In this document: piece by piece, positions 12,559-25,210 of the stretch
Layout of the letters: each line of letters starts with the position of its first letter
Position numbering within the stretch: position 1 is the first letter of the stretch
Assembly: GCF_001194135.2 (NCBI RefSeq)
Contig: NC_069005.1
Location: 3,739,502 to 3,803,501, forward strand
Reading direction: 5' to 3'
Length of the DNA: 64,000 nucleotides
Origin: Octopus bimaculoides
Lineage: Eukaryota
Position numbers and translations under genes: made by a program
The notes under the pieces: model-generated
The model's database searches: none
What the model saw: the letters and a program-made list of their open reading frames with translations, nothing else
Told to the model about the DNA's origin: nothing

Positions 12559-13560
12559 TACGCGTATATAAGTATATATGAGTGTATATTTATATATATG
12601 TATATACGCCCCTTCTTCTATGGCTATAATAGTACTTTGTTCCAATCAACCCCTTCTTCCCCACCCCCGATCCATTCATCTTTTCAATGGGTGCTTCCCT
12701 TCTCGCCTACAACTACATCAACTCTTCTTTGCTATGCAGTTCCTTCGCATTACCAGCAGAAAGTAAAGAGGAGATATAGAAAGAGTAAGAGAGTAAGAGA
12801 GAAAGAGAGGGGAAAAGAGAAAGAGTGCGCGCATGTGTGTGCGTATATATGTGTGTGTGTGTGAGAGAGAGAGATACACTGCGAGGAGGAGCGAAAGTCA
12901 AACAACAAAATAAAGAGATAGAGAGTGGTAGAGATATAACGAGACCGACTGAGACGGAAAAAGAGGAAGAGAGGAGAGAAGGAGAATAAGAAAGAACTAG
13001 AGAAATATAGAAGAGACAAAGAGAGAGAGAGGAAGAACGTGTGAGAAGAAGGTTGAAAGCTGCAATCACTCTACGTCTTTGAGGAATCAGAGTGTTCATT
13101 TGAAGCTGATCAGACAAACACACACAAAAAAACATTCACATTTTCTCATATACACAAACACAAATATACATGCTTATACAGATGTATGCATATATAATTA
13201 ATTTACTTAAGATATAGAATATAATTGTATGTGTAAAAGAAAAGCAAAAAAGAACACACAAACACGTATACATACACATATATATATATATATATCGATA
13301 TAATATCACAAAGACATACATGCGCAGCTTCACTGAGAAGTTTACAAATTATTAACAAATCTCCTTTCTCTATATCGTCATAAAGCGACGTTTCTATGTA
13401 TGTATGTACGCATGTATATATGTTCATACAATTGTGTATATGCGCCTATATATGCTTACGTTAAATGATAGTGTCAGTAATTCAGCGAAGAATTTTGGTC
13501 ACTTCTAAACATTCTGACACGCTTTATAGGTTATACCAATTCTACTTTGGACTTTAGGAA

Positions 13561-13633
13561 ATGATTTCGTTGCTTGGAAACAACATCGGATTCTTATGCA
13601 CGGCAGTGTTTGGATTATTAACGACCATTCACG
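13561..13633 (+). CDS. Candidate first coding exon encoding a signal-peptide-like segment MISLLGNNIGFLCTAVFGLLTTIH(G); partial
   Basis: Acceptor candidates ctttatag|13530 and actttag|13558; ATG at 13561; donor cacg|GTAAGG at 13634 (phase 1). No downstream exon firmly identified. Confidence 0.35.
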
Positions 13634-13989
13634 GTAAGGAACTTGCTCAAGCGCCCTATTCCTAATTCTGCATGTAAATATATGACAATTCACAGCGCAG
13701 CCATACACCCGCGCACACACATACACACACAAACGTACAAACACACACAAATGTAATTTTAATTGTGTACATAAATATCTGTGTGTACGCGTTTGTTTGC
13801 GTTCGTGTGTCAGTGTTTGTGTGTATAAGGCTTGTTCATTCACTACCCTTATCTGTTTTATTTTCATTACGCTGATATAGTGAGAAACTTTCAGAACTAA
13901 CATTCTACACCGTCTATTTTGCAACAACGCCCATATATCTATATGTATTTTACTGATGCGCGCGCGCGCACATACACACAACATTTTAT

Positions 13990-14060
<71 letters not shown>

Positions 14061-14427
14061 NNNNNNNNNNNNNNNNNNNNNNNNNNNNNNNNNNNNNNNN
14101 NNNNNNNNNNNNNNNNNNNNNNNNNNNNNNNNNNNNNNNNNNNNNNNNNNNNNNNNNNNNNNNNNNNNNNNNNNNNNNNNNNNNNNNNNNNNNNNNNNNN
14201 NNNNNNNNATATATAAAATTATATATATATATATATATATACATACACACATATGTGTGTGTATACATATGTGTTTGTGTGTGTGTATAAATGTGTATAT
14301 ATATATATGTGTGTGTGTAAATGTGTATATATATTATGTATGTATGTGTGCTCGTACGTGCGCAAATATATGGATTTCCGTCGTTTACTATGATGAATAT
14401 TCTAGTTATTCAATGAAAAGAACCTAC

Positions 14428-14694
14428 CAGCTTATCAAATTGCCGTGAAAATTGCTGTCTGCTCCAAAGACACACTCAATGTATCCGTGAAATAATTCCT
14501 TATCCACTTCGCATAGAGTACATCGCATTTGGGCCTTTGTATCTCAGGTACAACCGAATCGTCGGTGCTTCACGCTTTACGTCTCATCAGCTTCAATCAC
14601 AAGTCATCCAGTCGAGCGGATGCACAGGGATCCAACTCGTTCCCTCGATATTCGAAAGCAGATCCTTCACCAGATCACTTCATTTGTGGTCTCA
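14428..14694 (-). other. Candidate exon (UTR or non-coding, or start of MRCTLCEVDKELFHGYIECVFGADSNFHGNLIS from ATG 14528)
   Basis: Minus-strand acceptor gtgtttgtatcAG at 14695-14696 and donor ctg|GTAGGT at 14427. Unique GC-elevated island between microsatellites. Confidence 0.25.
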
Positions 14695-15278
14695 CTGATA
14701 CAAACACATACATGCACACACAAGCTCATGCACACTTGCATATCATAGGAACGCATACTTAAGTATATTTATGACGGACACACACGCACATACAGGGAGA
14801 GAGAGAAGGAAATACAGACAGATGGATAGGTATTATACAAATACAGGAGCACACATACACACATGCATACTGAACTAGATTTATGCATTATACGCATATG
14901 CTCAATTATGCATGCATACTATTGTAAAGACTACAATACGTACATACATATAAACGTATAAACATATCTCTACTGACAGATAGAAAAAGACATAGACGAA
15001 TATATAATTTCATTTATATATATATATATATATATATATAAATGCATAAATATTTAGGTAGAAATATTAAAATTCATATATTCAATTATATTTAGAAATA
15101 TGCACACATCAGTTAATACGTACATGTAAATGTATGCGGGCACGTATAAACGTACGTATATTTCTACATGCACATACATAAACAAGCGCATAGGTATCTA
15201 CCAACATACAACCGTACATACAGCCAGACGTATACACGCATAACTTCAATCTATCCACGTAAATACAAATATGCACAC

Positions 15279-15310
<32 letters not shown>

Positions 15311-15751
15311 NNNNNNNNNNNNNNNNNNNNNNNNNNNNNNNNNNNNNNNNNNNNNNNNNNNNNNNNNNNNNNNNNNNNNNNNNNNNNNNNNNNNNNNNNN
15401 NNNNNNNNNNNNNNNNNNNNNNNNNNNNNNNNNNNNNNNNNNNNNNNNNNNNNNNNNNNNNNNNNNNNNNNNNNNNNNNNNNNNNNNNNNNNNNNNNNNN
15501 NNNNNNNNNNNNNNNNNNNNNNNNNNNNNNNNNNNNNNNNNNNNNNNNNNNNNNNNNNNNNNNNNNNNNNNNNNNNNNNNNNNNNNNNNNNNNNNNNNNN
15601 NNNNNNNNNNNNNNNNNNNNNNNNNNNNNNNNNNNNNNNNNNNNNNNNNNNNNNNNNNNNNNNNNNNNNNNNNNNNNNNNNNNNNNNNNNNNNNNNNNNN
15701 NNNNNNNNNNNNNNNNNNNNNNNNNNNNNNNNNNNNNNNNNNNNNNNNNNN

Positions 15752-15797
<46 letters not shown>

Positions 15798-16440
15798 GCA
15801 TATATATATATATATACACAAATGTGTACACATATATACATGCGCACGCGCCCGAGCACAAACTCACAAACACACACATATATTTATATATATATATAAT
15901 CATAATACTTATATATACATAAACAGAATTACACATACATAACAACAAGCATACCTGTCCACTTACAAGCATACATACATACGTACACGCTAATAATTAA
16001 AGAATTTGAACGATACACTCCACTTATAAATAGTGAAAATATTTACGTCCCTAAGTTTAAATTGTTTTCTATTTTCATTTTTATGAGAGTGGACAAACAA
16101 TGAAATTTACTATCAAATTTACTTTAGATCGTTATCAAGCGATGAAGTGGAGACGAATGCGTTATTTCGTTGACATCGGTCGTATTTTATTTTTTTATTC
16201 TTTATTTTCTTCTAGTTTTCTCCTTAAAGTAGCGTCTAATGAAATAGTAGAACCTGTCAAACACAGACACACAGTCATACACACACAGAGGGGCAGATAC
16301 ATTTGTAATATTATAGTGTGTGTGTGTGTGTGCGCGTGTGTGTGTTCGTGTATGTATGTGTCTGTCCAAGTGTTTATATATACGTATAACTATGTATGAA
16401 TGTTTGTGTATATATATCTATTTTTTTCTTCTCTCTCTAG

Positions 16441-16471
<31 letters not shown>

Positions 16472-17169
16472 GCGTATGTATATATATGTGTATGTATATG
16501 TGTGTGCTTGTCTGTATGTATGTGTGTGTGATTGTATGTGCGTGAATACACACGTGTATACGTACGTTTGTACGTATTCGTGTACGTATTCGTGTACGCA
16601 TTATTGTATATGTGGATATGTGTGTGTGTGTATGTCAGTATGTATTCATGTATGTATGCATATGCGCGATGTTCGTGGTGTGGACTTGTTTATCTATGTC
16701 GTTTCGGCTATTGACTGTGTGATTGCATTTACAAAAGTAACTGACCCTGTCATTAGAGTCAGGAACCGAGTTCAGAAATTATTTACATGCGTATTCACGC
16801 GGCACACTCGTACACGTTTACAGGTGTCAGTGGAGTATATATTATATAATACGTATATATTTCTATATCGATACAGATGTGTAAAACATGTATAACATGT
16901 ACGTATTTATATAAATCCGAGTTTGTATAAAATTACATAAACGCATGTTCATAAATGTACACGTGCCCCCAAATTTAATTCTATCATTTTCAAGCCGCAT
17001 TCTTTATTCATTACTTTAAATTTCACGCGGGAGAAGTAATCCGCAGAAGACCGATCAAGCAAAAGGTTGTTAACGTACTCTCACATAACCTACACATGAG
17101 AGTGTGTGTTTATACGCGTGCGTGTATAGACACACACACACACACACACACACACACCAATATATATAT

Positions 17170-17427
17170 ATAGATAGATAATTAAGAAGAAATAGATAGA
17201 TAGGAAGTGATAGATAGCTCGATATATAGATATATAGACAGGTAGGTAGTTAAATAGACTGATAGACAGGTAGGTATATAGATAGACTAATAAATAGACT
17301 GATAGAGTGATATAGATAGATAGGAAGAGATAGATATATCGATAGATATATAAACACGTATGTATATAGATAGACTGATAAACAAGTAGGTAGATAGATT
17401 AGATAGACAGGTAGACAGACAGCTAGG

Positions 17428-17462
<35 letters not shown>

Positions 17463-17545
17463 GAAAGTATAGATACATTGATAGATAGATGTATAGACAG
17501 GTAAGTAGACAGCTAGGTGGTTAGATAGATAGAAGATAGATACGT
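17170..17545. repeat. Compound (GATA/GACA/GGTA)n tetranucleotide repeat
   Basis: Direct reading. Confidence 0.9.
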
Positions 17546-17972
17546 GTGCATAAATGCATAGGGTGCTCTAAAACAATGTGTGTGTGAGTGAATGTTTGAA
17601 TGGATTACAATGTGTTTAATGTTACACATTATCGTTATTTTGTGTTGCTCATATATTTTTAATTAAATCTGTTGTTTTATAATTTAATTACCAACGGAAT
17701 AGCATTATTCGACGAATCCATTTACATGTATTAAATACAGTTTTGTAATTAAATAAAAAGCATTTACGTACGTGTAAATTTAGTTTCTATTTTTTATCCC
17801 GCGTATGATTACGTTAGCAATTTTATTTCACAAATTGTGTGGCGATATATAGATTTAACTGATATGTATGTCCCTGTATTTCAGGGTACGTATGAACAAA
17901 TTCATTATAAGTTGTTCTCTATAATAAATATATACACAACACACACATACGCTCACACACACACACACACAC

Positions 17973-18040
<68 letters not shown>

Positions 18041-18194
18041 ATGTCTGTGTATGTATATGCATGTATGATTTATTATATATACTGCAGATGTAGTCGTGAT
18101 ATCTTTGTGCACGTATGCAAAGTATGTTTACGCGCGCGCACACGCTCGCACACACACACACATATTCACACACATACACATCTCTTGTTTAAGC

Positions 18195-18590
18195 CATTAG
18201 GCTGAGGCCATGCTGGGGCACCGCCTTGAAAGATTTAGTCGAACAAATTCACCCCGGGTAGCGTTGTTTTTGGTTTGTTCTTGGTTTGGCACTATTTTAC
18301 CGGTTTTCCTGTGCCGTACCGCCACGTTACGTGGACGAAGACGGAAGAAATCTGGATGGAAAGTGGAATGTGTGTGTGGAGAGGGGAGCGAAGCACTACA
18401 ATCAGAAAAACACCCAAACACATACACATATACAGTTGCACACACATACACGGCAGGTTTCTTCCAGCTTCCGTCCGCCACTCCCACTCACGAGACTTGG
18501 GTCGCCCCGCCGCTATAGTACAATTCACTTGAGCAAAATGCTGTGCCGTAAGACTGAATCCAAGCTACTTACCACATAGCCAAGCCTGTG
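18195..18590 (-). mobile_element. SINE family B, degenerate
   Basis: Reverse complement gives caggcttggctatgtggtaagtagctt...ctatagc...gtgagtgggagtggcggacggaagctggaagaa...ggcggtgccccagcatggcc. Confidence 0.7.
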
Positions 18591-18846
18591 TCGATACAGA
18601 TATACAGAGAGAGAGAGAGATTTATGTGTACGAACTTATTCAAATAATTATGTTTTCATGTCCCTATGCATTTATGATCTTTTGAGTGCCTTTAGTGTGG
18701 TTCCCTCCCTTGCAAATACTCTGACAGGATCTTGTGTTCTAATTGTCTTTTTCTCACTTCTATCAACCCATCATGGTGCCCCTTGTCAGACCTCAAGTAT
18801 ACGGCCTGCCCTCCAGACTAAGAATTTAAAATAATAATAATAATAA

Positions 18847-19061
18847 TCCTTTCTAGTAAAGGCACAATGGCAGCAATTTTGGGTGATATGGGCCATTCGA
18901 TTACGTCGACCCTAGTAGTCAAATGGTTCTTAATTTATCGACCCGAAAGGATAAGAGGCAAATTCGATCTCAGCGTAATTTGAACTCAGAACGTAGCGAC
19001 GGGCGAAATATCGCTACGTATTTCATCCAGCGTAGTAACGGTTGAGCTATCTCTCCGCCTT
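18847..19061 (-). mobile_element. SINE family A flanked by (TAA)n on both sides
   Basis: Reverse complement of the family A consensus as seen at 8213. Confidence 0.85.
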
Positions 19062-19079
19062 AATAATAATAGTAATAAT

Positions 19080-19293
19080 ACTTTCTATTATAGGCACAAG
19101 GTCTGAAATTTGGGTGGGGGGATAATTCGTTAACATCGACCCAAGTACTCAACTGGTACTTATTTCATCGACTGTTAAAAGGATGAAAGGCAAACTCGAC
19201 CTCAGCGGAATTTGAACTCGGAACATAGCGACGGGCGAAATAGCACTATGCATTTCGTCCAACGTGCAAACGATTTTGCCAGCACGCCACCTT
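19080..19293 (-). mobile_element. SINE family A, tandem neighbour of 18847-19061, also (TAA)n-flanked
   Basis: ggatgaaaggcaaactcgacctcagcggaatttgaactcgg core. Confidence 0.85.
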
Positions 19294-20075
19294 AAATAAT
19301 AATAATAATATGTAAAAGATCTTAAGAGAGAACATGCAAATTTTCTTCACTATGTAGACGACTGTTACTGTAGCGCGAAGCTTCAGGCTTATTACAGTGA
19401 TTATTTAGACTATATGTGAACAAGATTATGCCTTATTAAGTCCTGGGCTCGGTGATTGAATTTCATGGTCTTCCTCGTAAAAATGTTAATGATGTACCAA
19501 CAATTAGAATGGACATCTCCTACAATAAGGTTTCAGTGTAACCTGTAGGTAGGATCCTCATATCAGCGACTAGAAATATTTGATCCTTGCTCTGTAATAT
19601 GATATTTGGTGAAAATATGTCAAAAATATCAAGATTTGATAGAAATTTAAAGCGTCTCCGCTTCTGGTAGCCTCAGGAGGGGTTTCCACAGTTAACAATA
19701 ATGTAATTTTAAGCGAATATACCTGCTTCTCACCCTCCAAGGGTTAACAGAGTTACGCTGTCAAAAATTATGTAATTGATCACTGCTCACATCAAGCAAC
19801 AGAGAAACAATTGTTCGTCATAATAGGCAAGAGAATCCATCACTTGTGGAGGAATATCTTTCTGGTTCTCGTTGACTTTTGGCAGTTGATCTCAGAGAAA
19901 AAGTTCTAAACTATAGATTAAAGACTATGGGAATGAGAAATTACAAATTTCCGAATCTAGTCATAGAGAAATGTATCCCTAGTAGCAAGACACAGACTAG
20001 GTCGATTCAATTACCTATAGATGATTTTTTTAGCGCATTAAAAATGACAGTTCTTGTCTACCTACCTACCTACAC

Positions 20076-20137
<62 letters not shown>

Positions 20138-21965
20138 GGTGAGAGAGACAGGAGTGAAAGAAAGAACACGTTGATATATGTGCAAACGGGACAAATGGCA
20201 TTGAGTTCATGTAGATATCATGTAGATATCATGTATTACACTGATGCATGTGATTCTGGGCGTTGCTATTAACGAGATTCTTGTGTATATAGAGTATTAT
20301 ATGTGTATATATATTTATTTGCGCGCGCTTGTTTGTGTATGCGCGCGCGCAACATAGTGCACATATCGTGTGCACATACACAGAGACCCGTACATTCATG
20401 CAAGCATCGAGACACCAGTTATCAGAGTCGGTACAGCATCAGTAATAATTCGCTGAAACATTTGTTTTGAAACTCGGTGGTTTTATTTTAAATCATGTCG
20501 AGCGTACTTTATTTTTCATCCTTTAGTGCTTAGAAATCAAACAATACAGTTGTGATGCATCGTTCTTTTATATTTGTTAGTTTGTCTAACGTACCGACTG
20601 CATTGGGTCCCCAGCTACCAAAAGCGTCAACATGTAATATGTTCATACTAAACTATCCTCGATTGTGCGCGAAAGCTGTATGTCAGGCAATGGTAGGTGA
20701 ATGATGTAATAATACGTCGATGAAAAACTGTTGAAGGAATGCTTTATCTTGAATTTATTCGAGTAAAAAGATACCCTGTAGCAACTTTTAACCTTCCGTC
20801 ACCACTTCTACTGAATCTGTTTTGAACCCATCACTGCCAGAAGATTATAAAACTGTTAGAAATTTTTACAATGTTGTCATTGTAGTTTACATTGCTGTCA
20901 AACATAACTCTGGTTCAGAGTTGTATTAAGTGTTGCTATTGAAGTTATATTTTATGTTTAATCCCAAGAGTGCTCCTGTAATGATGCACGATGATAAAAA
21001 ATTGACCAGCCTTGTCTATGCTGTCTTTACTTCAGATATAATTTATTCAGGATATAGACTAATGCGTCTTTCTATTCCTATGTGTGTAACTTATGATTGA
21101 AGACGATTTTAACACTGAATATTAGCAGGATGCGAGGACGCGCATGGTTGGTTCTGATGCTGTTGCAATTTTAGCATTCGTGTATTTGGATGATCATTGT
21201 CTGGTTGCTATTTTTTGACCTCAGGTCAAATCTAATGAAACGAATTTCGTTTCACTGCTGACCATCCAGTCATTTTACCGTAGCATTTAGGAGGAAATTA
21301 TGTAACGCTACGTAAGTTTAAATAATGTTATATAATTATATGTGTTATATAACATTCTTGTTTTAAGAATCTGCGATGTGATGACAGGAAACTCGAATGA
21401 ATGATCACCCTGGGACACTCTTTGACTGGTTGATTTTGTTTCGGTGTCGGGGGAACTTTTTACTGCCGAGCTTAGTTCTGTTGTAGTCGATTTGCACTAA
21501 CTCATTCTCTTTTCAGCTGGGCAACTAATGTCAAGTTGTGGTTATTTTCAATCATATTACATCTACCATTAATTAATTAATCCATTCATTCATTCAATGT
21601 TATCTTTTTGTTTTTAGGGTCGTGCTTATTATTTGAGAGATTAATCGAATATCTGGTGGTAGTCCGACAGACTCATGTTGTTTCATTCACTTCTATATAC
21701 TTTCAGACTTTGATTCAAGATTAAATTTACTGCATACGGTTAAACAATTTCTGGCAGAATGACATGCGGGAGTGAAAAAGTCATGTCTCGATAGTAACCA
21801 CACACAAAATGAGTTCATCCTATTACCATTTCATTCAGATATTATGGTATTTTCATGTCACAGTTTGTCTCCCAAGATTATATTCTGGTCTTGTTGGATA
21901 AGTGACACAAACATTCCAGATGCGATGAATATTTTACAACAATTATCTTCTTTCAGTATGAAGTA

Positions 21966-22330
21966 TAGGCGTAGCTCTGCGGTAAGAGGCTTGCTTCCCA
22001 ACCATATGGTTCCTCGTTCAGTCCCATTGCGTGGCACCTTGGGCAAGTGTCATCTTCTGCTAAAGCCACGTTCCGACCAAAGCCTTGTGAGTGGATTTGA
22101 TAGAGAGAAACTGAAAGAATCCCGTAATATATATATTTGTGTGTCTGTGTTTCCCCTCCCCATCGTTTGACAACCGATGTCGGTGTGTTCCGCGTAAATT
22201 AGCGTTTCGGCAAAATTTACCAGTAGAATAAGTACTAGGCTTACAAAGAATAAGTCCTGCGGTCGATTTCTTCGACTAAAGCCGGTGCTCCAGCATGACC
22301 GCAGTCTAATGACTGAAACAAATAAAAGTA
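21966..22330 (+). mobile_element. SINE family B, full-length
   Basis: tRNA-like head (gcttcccaaccatatggttcctcgttcagtcccattgcgtggcaccttgggcaagtgtc), internal TA/TG tract, tail gcggtgctccagcatgaccgcagtc...aataaaa. Confidence 0.9.
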
Positions 22331-22634
22331 TAAAAATTTGCAAAAATATTCACGGATTGTTGGAAAGACAATTGAAAAAAAAAATGTTCTAAGAACTTGT
22401 TCAAACGGTCTTCCGGAACATTCCTGCAAAGTGGAAGAAATTTGACTAAACACGTGTTTTCCTTCCTCTTTATGGCTCGCTATCGTATTCAGATTTACAC
22501 CATTAGTAATGGTGGCCTCGAGGCAAGTCATTAGATGTTTCTTTCATTTATTTCTTATGTTCTTTACATTCAGGTTATACCAGAGAAAGCAGATCTATGA
22601 GCAAACATAGTTCAAGCGTAAGCTCCTCGAACGT

Positions 22635-22822
22635 TTACCACGTACAATTTTTTACATTTGACGGATATTTGTCCTCATCTTGTTTGTTGTTAACACAACG
22701 TTTCGGCTGATATACCCTCAAGCCTTCATCAGGTGTCTTGGGGAAATTTCGAACCTGGCCTCTCATTCCTAAGGTATTTTTCGATGTTATTACCATTATT
22801 CAGGTCGCTCGGAATCTTGGAG
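22635..22822 (-). mobile_element. SINE family C (head partly deleted) with hammerhead-containing tail
   Basis: Reverse complement nearly identical to 42600-42760. Confidence 0.85.
22692..22737 (-). ncRNA. Minimal type I hammerhead-ribozyme motif
   Basis: Minus strand reads GACAC-CUGAUGA-A-GGCU-(ugagggtatatc)-AGCC-GAA-AC-GU-U-GUGUU. Stems I and II pair, the core is intact, and stem III is the palindrome ACGU. Confidence 0.65.
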
Positions 22823-23423
22823 TGTTTTTTTTATGGCTTATAAATCGAATATTTTCCTATCCTTTCTTAATACCGGTTCCCATATGCTATTCGTATCTGC
22901 ACTCAGTCTGCTTAGGAGGTTGTTGTGTCCTAGCATACGTGCTGCTTCTTTTAGTTTTCGTATTTTCCAGTGGTGTTCTATGTCTATTATTTTAATTCAA
23001 CCCACAGGGGGGAGGTCTAAATAATGTAAATACAGCTCTCTCTTTTGAATCGACAGATAGTGTTTTGCGTCTGCGTTAGCTGTTCTTTCTTCATGGCAGC
23101 TAAGTCCTTTGAATAAATCTCTTTCATCGGTTCTTTTACAAAGGTTTCCAGAATATTCGTAGTATTAAAATGAAATAGTAGCAAACGAAAAGCGTGTTTT
23201 CATTATTCTTTTTAAAATAAAGTATTAATGGCTAACAGGAAATTTAGATCATATAAAAACAATAGTCTAATTGGTAATGACCTCAGTTCCGAAATTATTA
23301 ACAACTTCATTATGCTATCTTCTGTTCTAATTTGCCATTCATATTGTTGACGTCGAAGAAAAGTATACAATGATCGATAAGGCTACATACTCAATGTATA
23401 TCATCATCATTATTACTACTACT

Positions 23424-23950
23424 GAATGACAGAGCAGTGCGTGCCATCGAAGTGACACTTGTGTATAAAATATACGAACCTCAGTATATCCATCATGATT
23501 ACCCGTCTGATAAAGGTACACCGGGCATAAGCTTCACAACAATATGTGCGTGACAGGGTGATCGCACATCAAGATAAACAGCGCAGGACCTTGAAGATGG
23601 AGTCCAGTTAGATTTTTCTTGAGGTCGAGTAACCCATTCTTCCCAAACGGTCCTTGAATAAGGGTTGTTTAAGGATGTTGAACGAATCAGCCATGTTTCC
23701 AGAGGAGAATTATTCAAACATTAAAGTATTTCTCTCAACACATGGATATGATGCTCAGCGAAAAGTTATGCTCGACATGCTTAACTGGTTAAGGTAAAAA
23801 AAAAAAAATGACAAGCAAATCTGTGGTATTGAGCAGAATATTTGCTGTAGACCATCTATTATACCAAGACAAAACAATGTACATGATAACACTTCTAATC
23901 ACTTAAGATCAGAAGCCATGGGAGAGACTGCCTCGTGCTGCATCAGGGAA
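23424..23950. mobile_element. Interspersed repeat family D, copy 1 (class unassigned)
   Basis: Colinear homology with 23970-24417; microsatellite on both sides. Confidence 0.75.
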
Positions 23951-23969
23951 TTTTATTATTATTATTATT

Positions 23970-24417
23970 GAGTGACACTGGGGTAGAATTATACGAATCC
24001 CAATATACCCATTATGACTGCCCGTCTTACAAGGTTACACTAAGCGCATTCATCACGACCATATGTGCACGACATGGTGATCTCATATCAAGATATACAG
24101 TGCAGAACGTTCTGGTGGGGCCCAGTTAGAATTTTGATTAGCCCGATCCGCTCAAAAGGTCCCTGAATAAGGTTTGTTTAAGGATGATGAACAAAACACT
24201 CATGTTTCCACAGGTGAGTGATTCAATCCTCCCCAAATTCCTTTCAACACGATTCTGATGCTCCCCCACGACTTCCGTTCGTGATCAGGGATACACATAT
24301 CGTCAGGAACATGCTCAACTGGTTAATGTCAAGCAACTGAGAAGCAAATCTGTGGTATTGGGTCGAATATTTGCTGTAGACCATCCTTTATACCAAGACA
24401 AAACAATGTACATGATA
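23970..24417. mobile_element. Interspersed repeat family D, copy 2 (lacks ~70 bp at the right end)
   Basis: Shares blocks with copy 1, e.g. agcaaatctgtggtattg...gaatatttgctgtagaccatc...ataccaagacaaaacaatgtacatgata. Confidence 0.75.
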
Positions 24418-24440
24418 TTATTATTATTATTATTATTAAA

Positions 24441-24653
24441 AAGGCAGCGAGCTTGCAGAATCGTTATCAGACCAGGAAAAATGCTTCGCGATATTTTGTA
24501 CGTCCATAAGTTATGAGTTCAAATGTCACCAAGGTCAATTTGCCTTTCATCCTTTCGGGATCGATAAAGTAAGTACCAGTAAAACACTAGGGTCGATAGA
24601 ATCGACTAGTTCCCTCCCCAAAAATTTCAGGCCTTAAGCCTATAATAGAAAGA
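24441..24653 (+). mobile_element. SINE family A embedded in (ATT)n
   Basis: aaggcagcgagcttgcagaatcgtt...gagttcaaat...ttgcctttcatcctttcggga-tcgataa. Confidence 0.9.
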
Positions 24654-24701
<48 letters not shown>

Positions 24702-25210
24702 CAAAAATATTGTTGATTATGACTTCGAGGTTTCGGCAAGCTAAGCCGGTATAGGTTTAGTGGCAGTCAGTTATTCAAAATTAAATAAAATGTTCATATC
24801 AGTGTTTATTCAAACGACCTGTCTTCAAGCCATTGCTACAGAATGGCCATAAAATAAACTGGAAAAATCTGTGAAATCGTAATAGTATAAACATATGTTC
24901 GATCGAATTGTTCTCGAACATTTATATTCCTAAAATTGTTTACCATTCCTGTAGAGTGCTGCCCTCGGGTGTTCATTATTAATTTTTGACATTGGAACAG
25001 GACCAAAAGTTTTTAATATATAAAAGTGGGGTATTTCGTTTTGCAACGTAAAACTGTACACTCAACGACATAAGCTCTACGTTTTCTATTCAACTTCTTA
25101 CCATATTAGGCAATATTTGAGATAGCTATATTGTGTATGCTAACACATCCGTCTGCAATAATACAGGTCGACTTACCCGAATTTTAATTGCTGTACAAAC
25201 AAGACAGTTA

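Noticed and set aside
13957-14020. (GC)n(AC)n Z-DNA-prone tract
   Set aside because: Such tracts are ubiquitous in this window and nothing specific can be inferred.
21490-21545. Textbook branch point and acceptor (cactaac...tctcttttcAG at ~21517)
   Set aside because: No credible donor or sustained reading frame follows.
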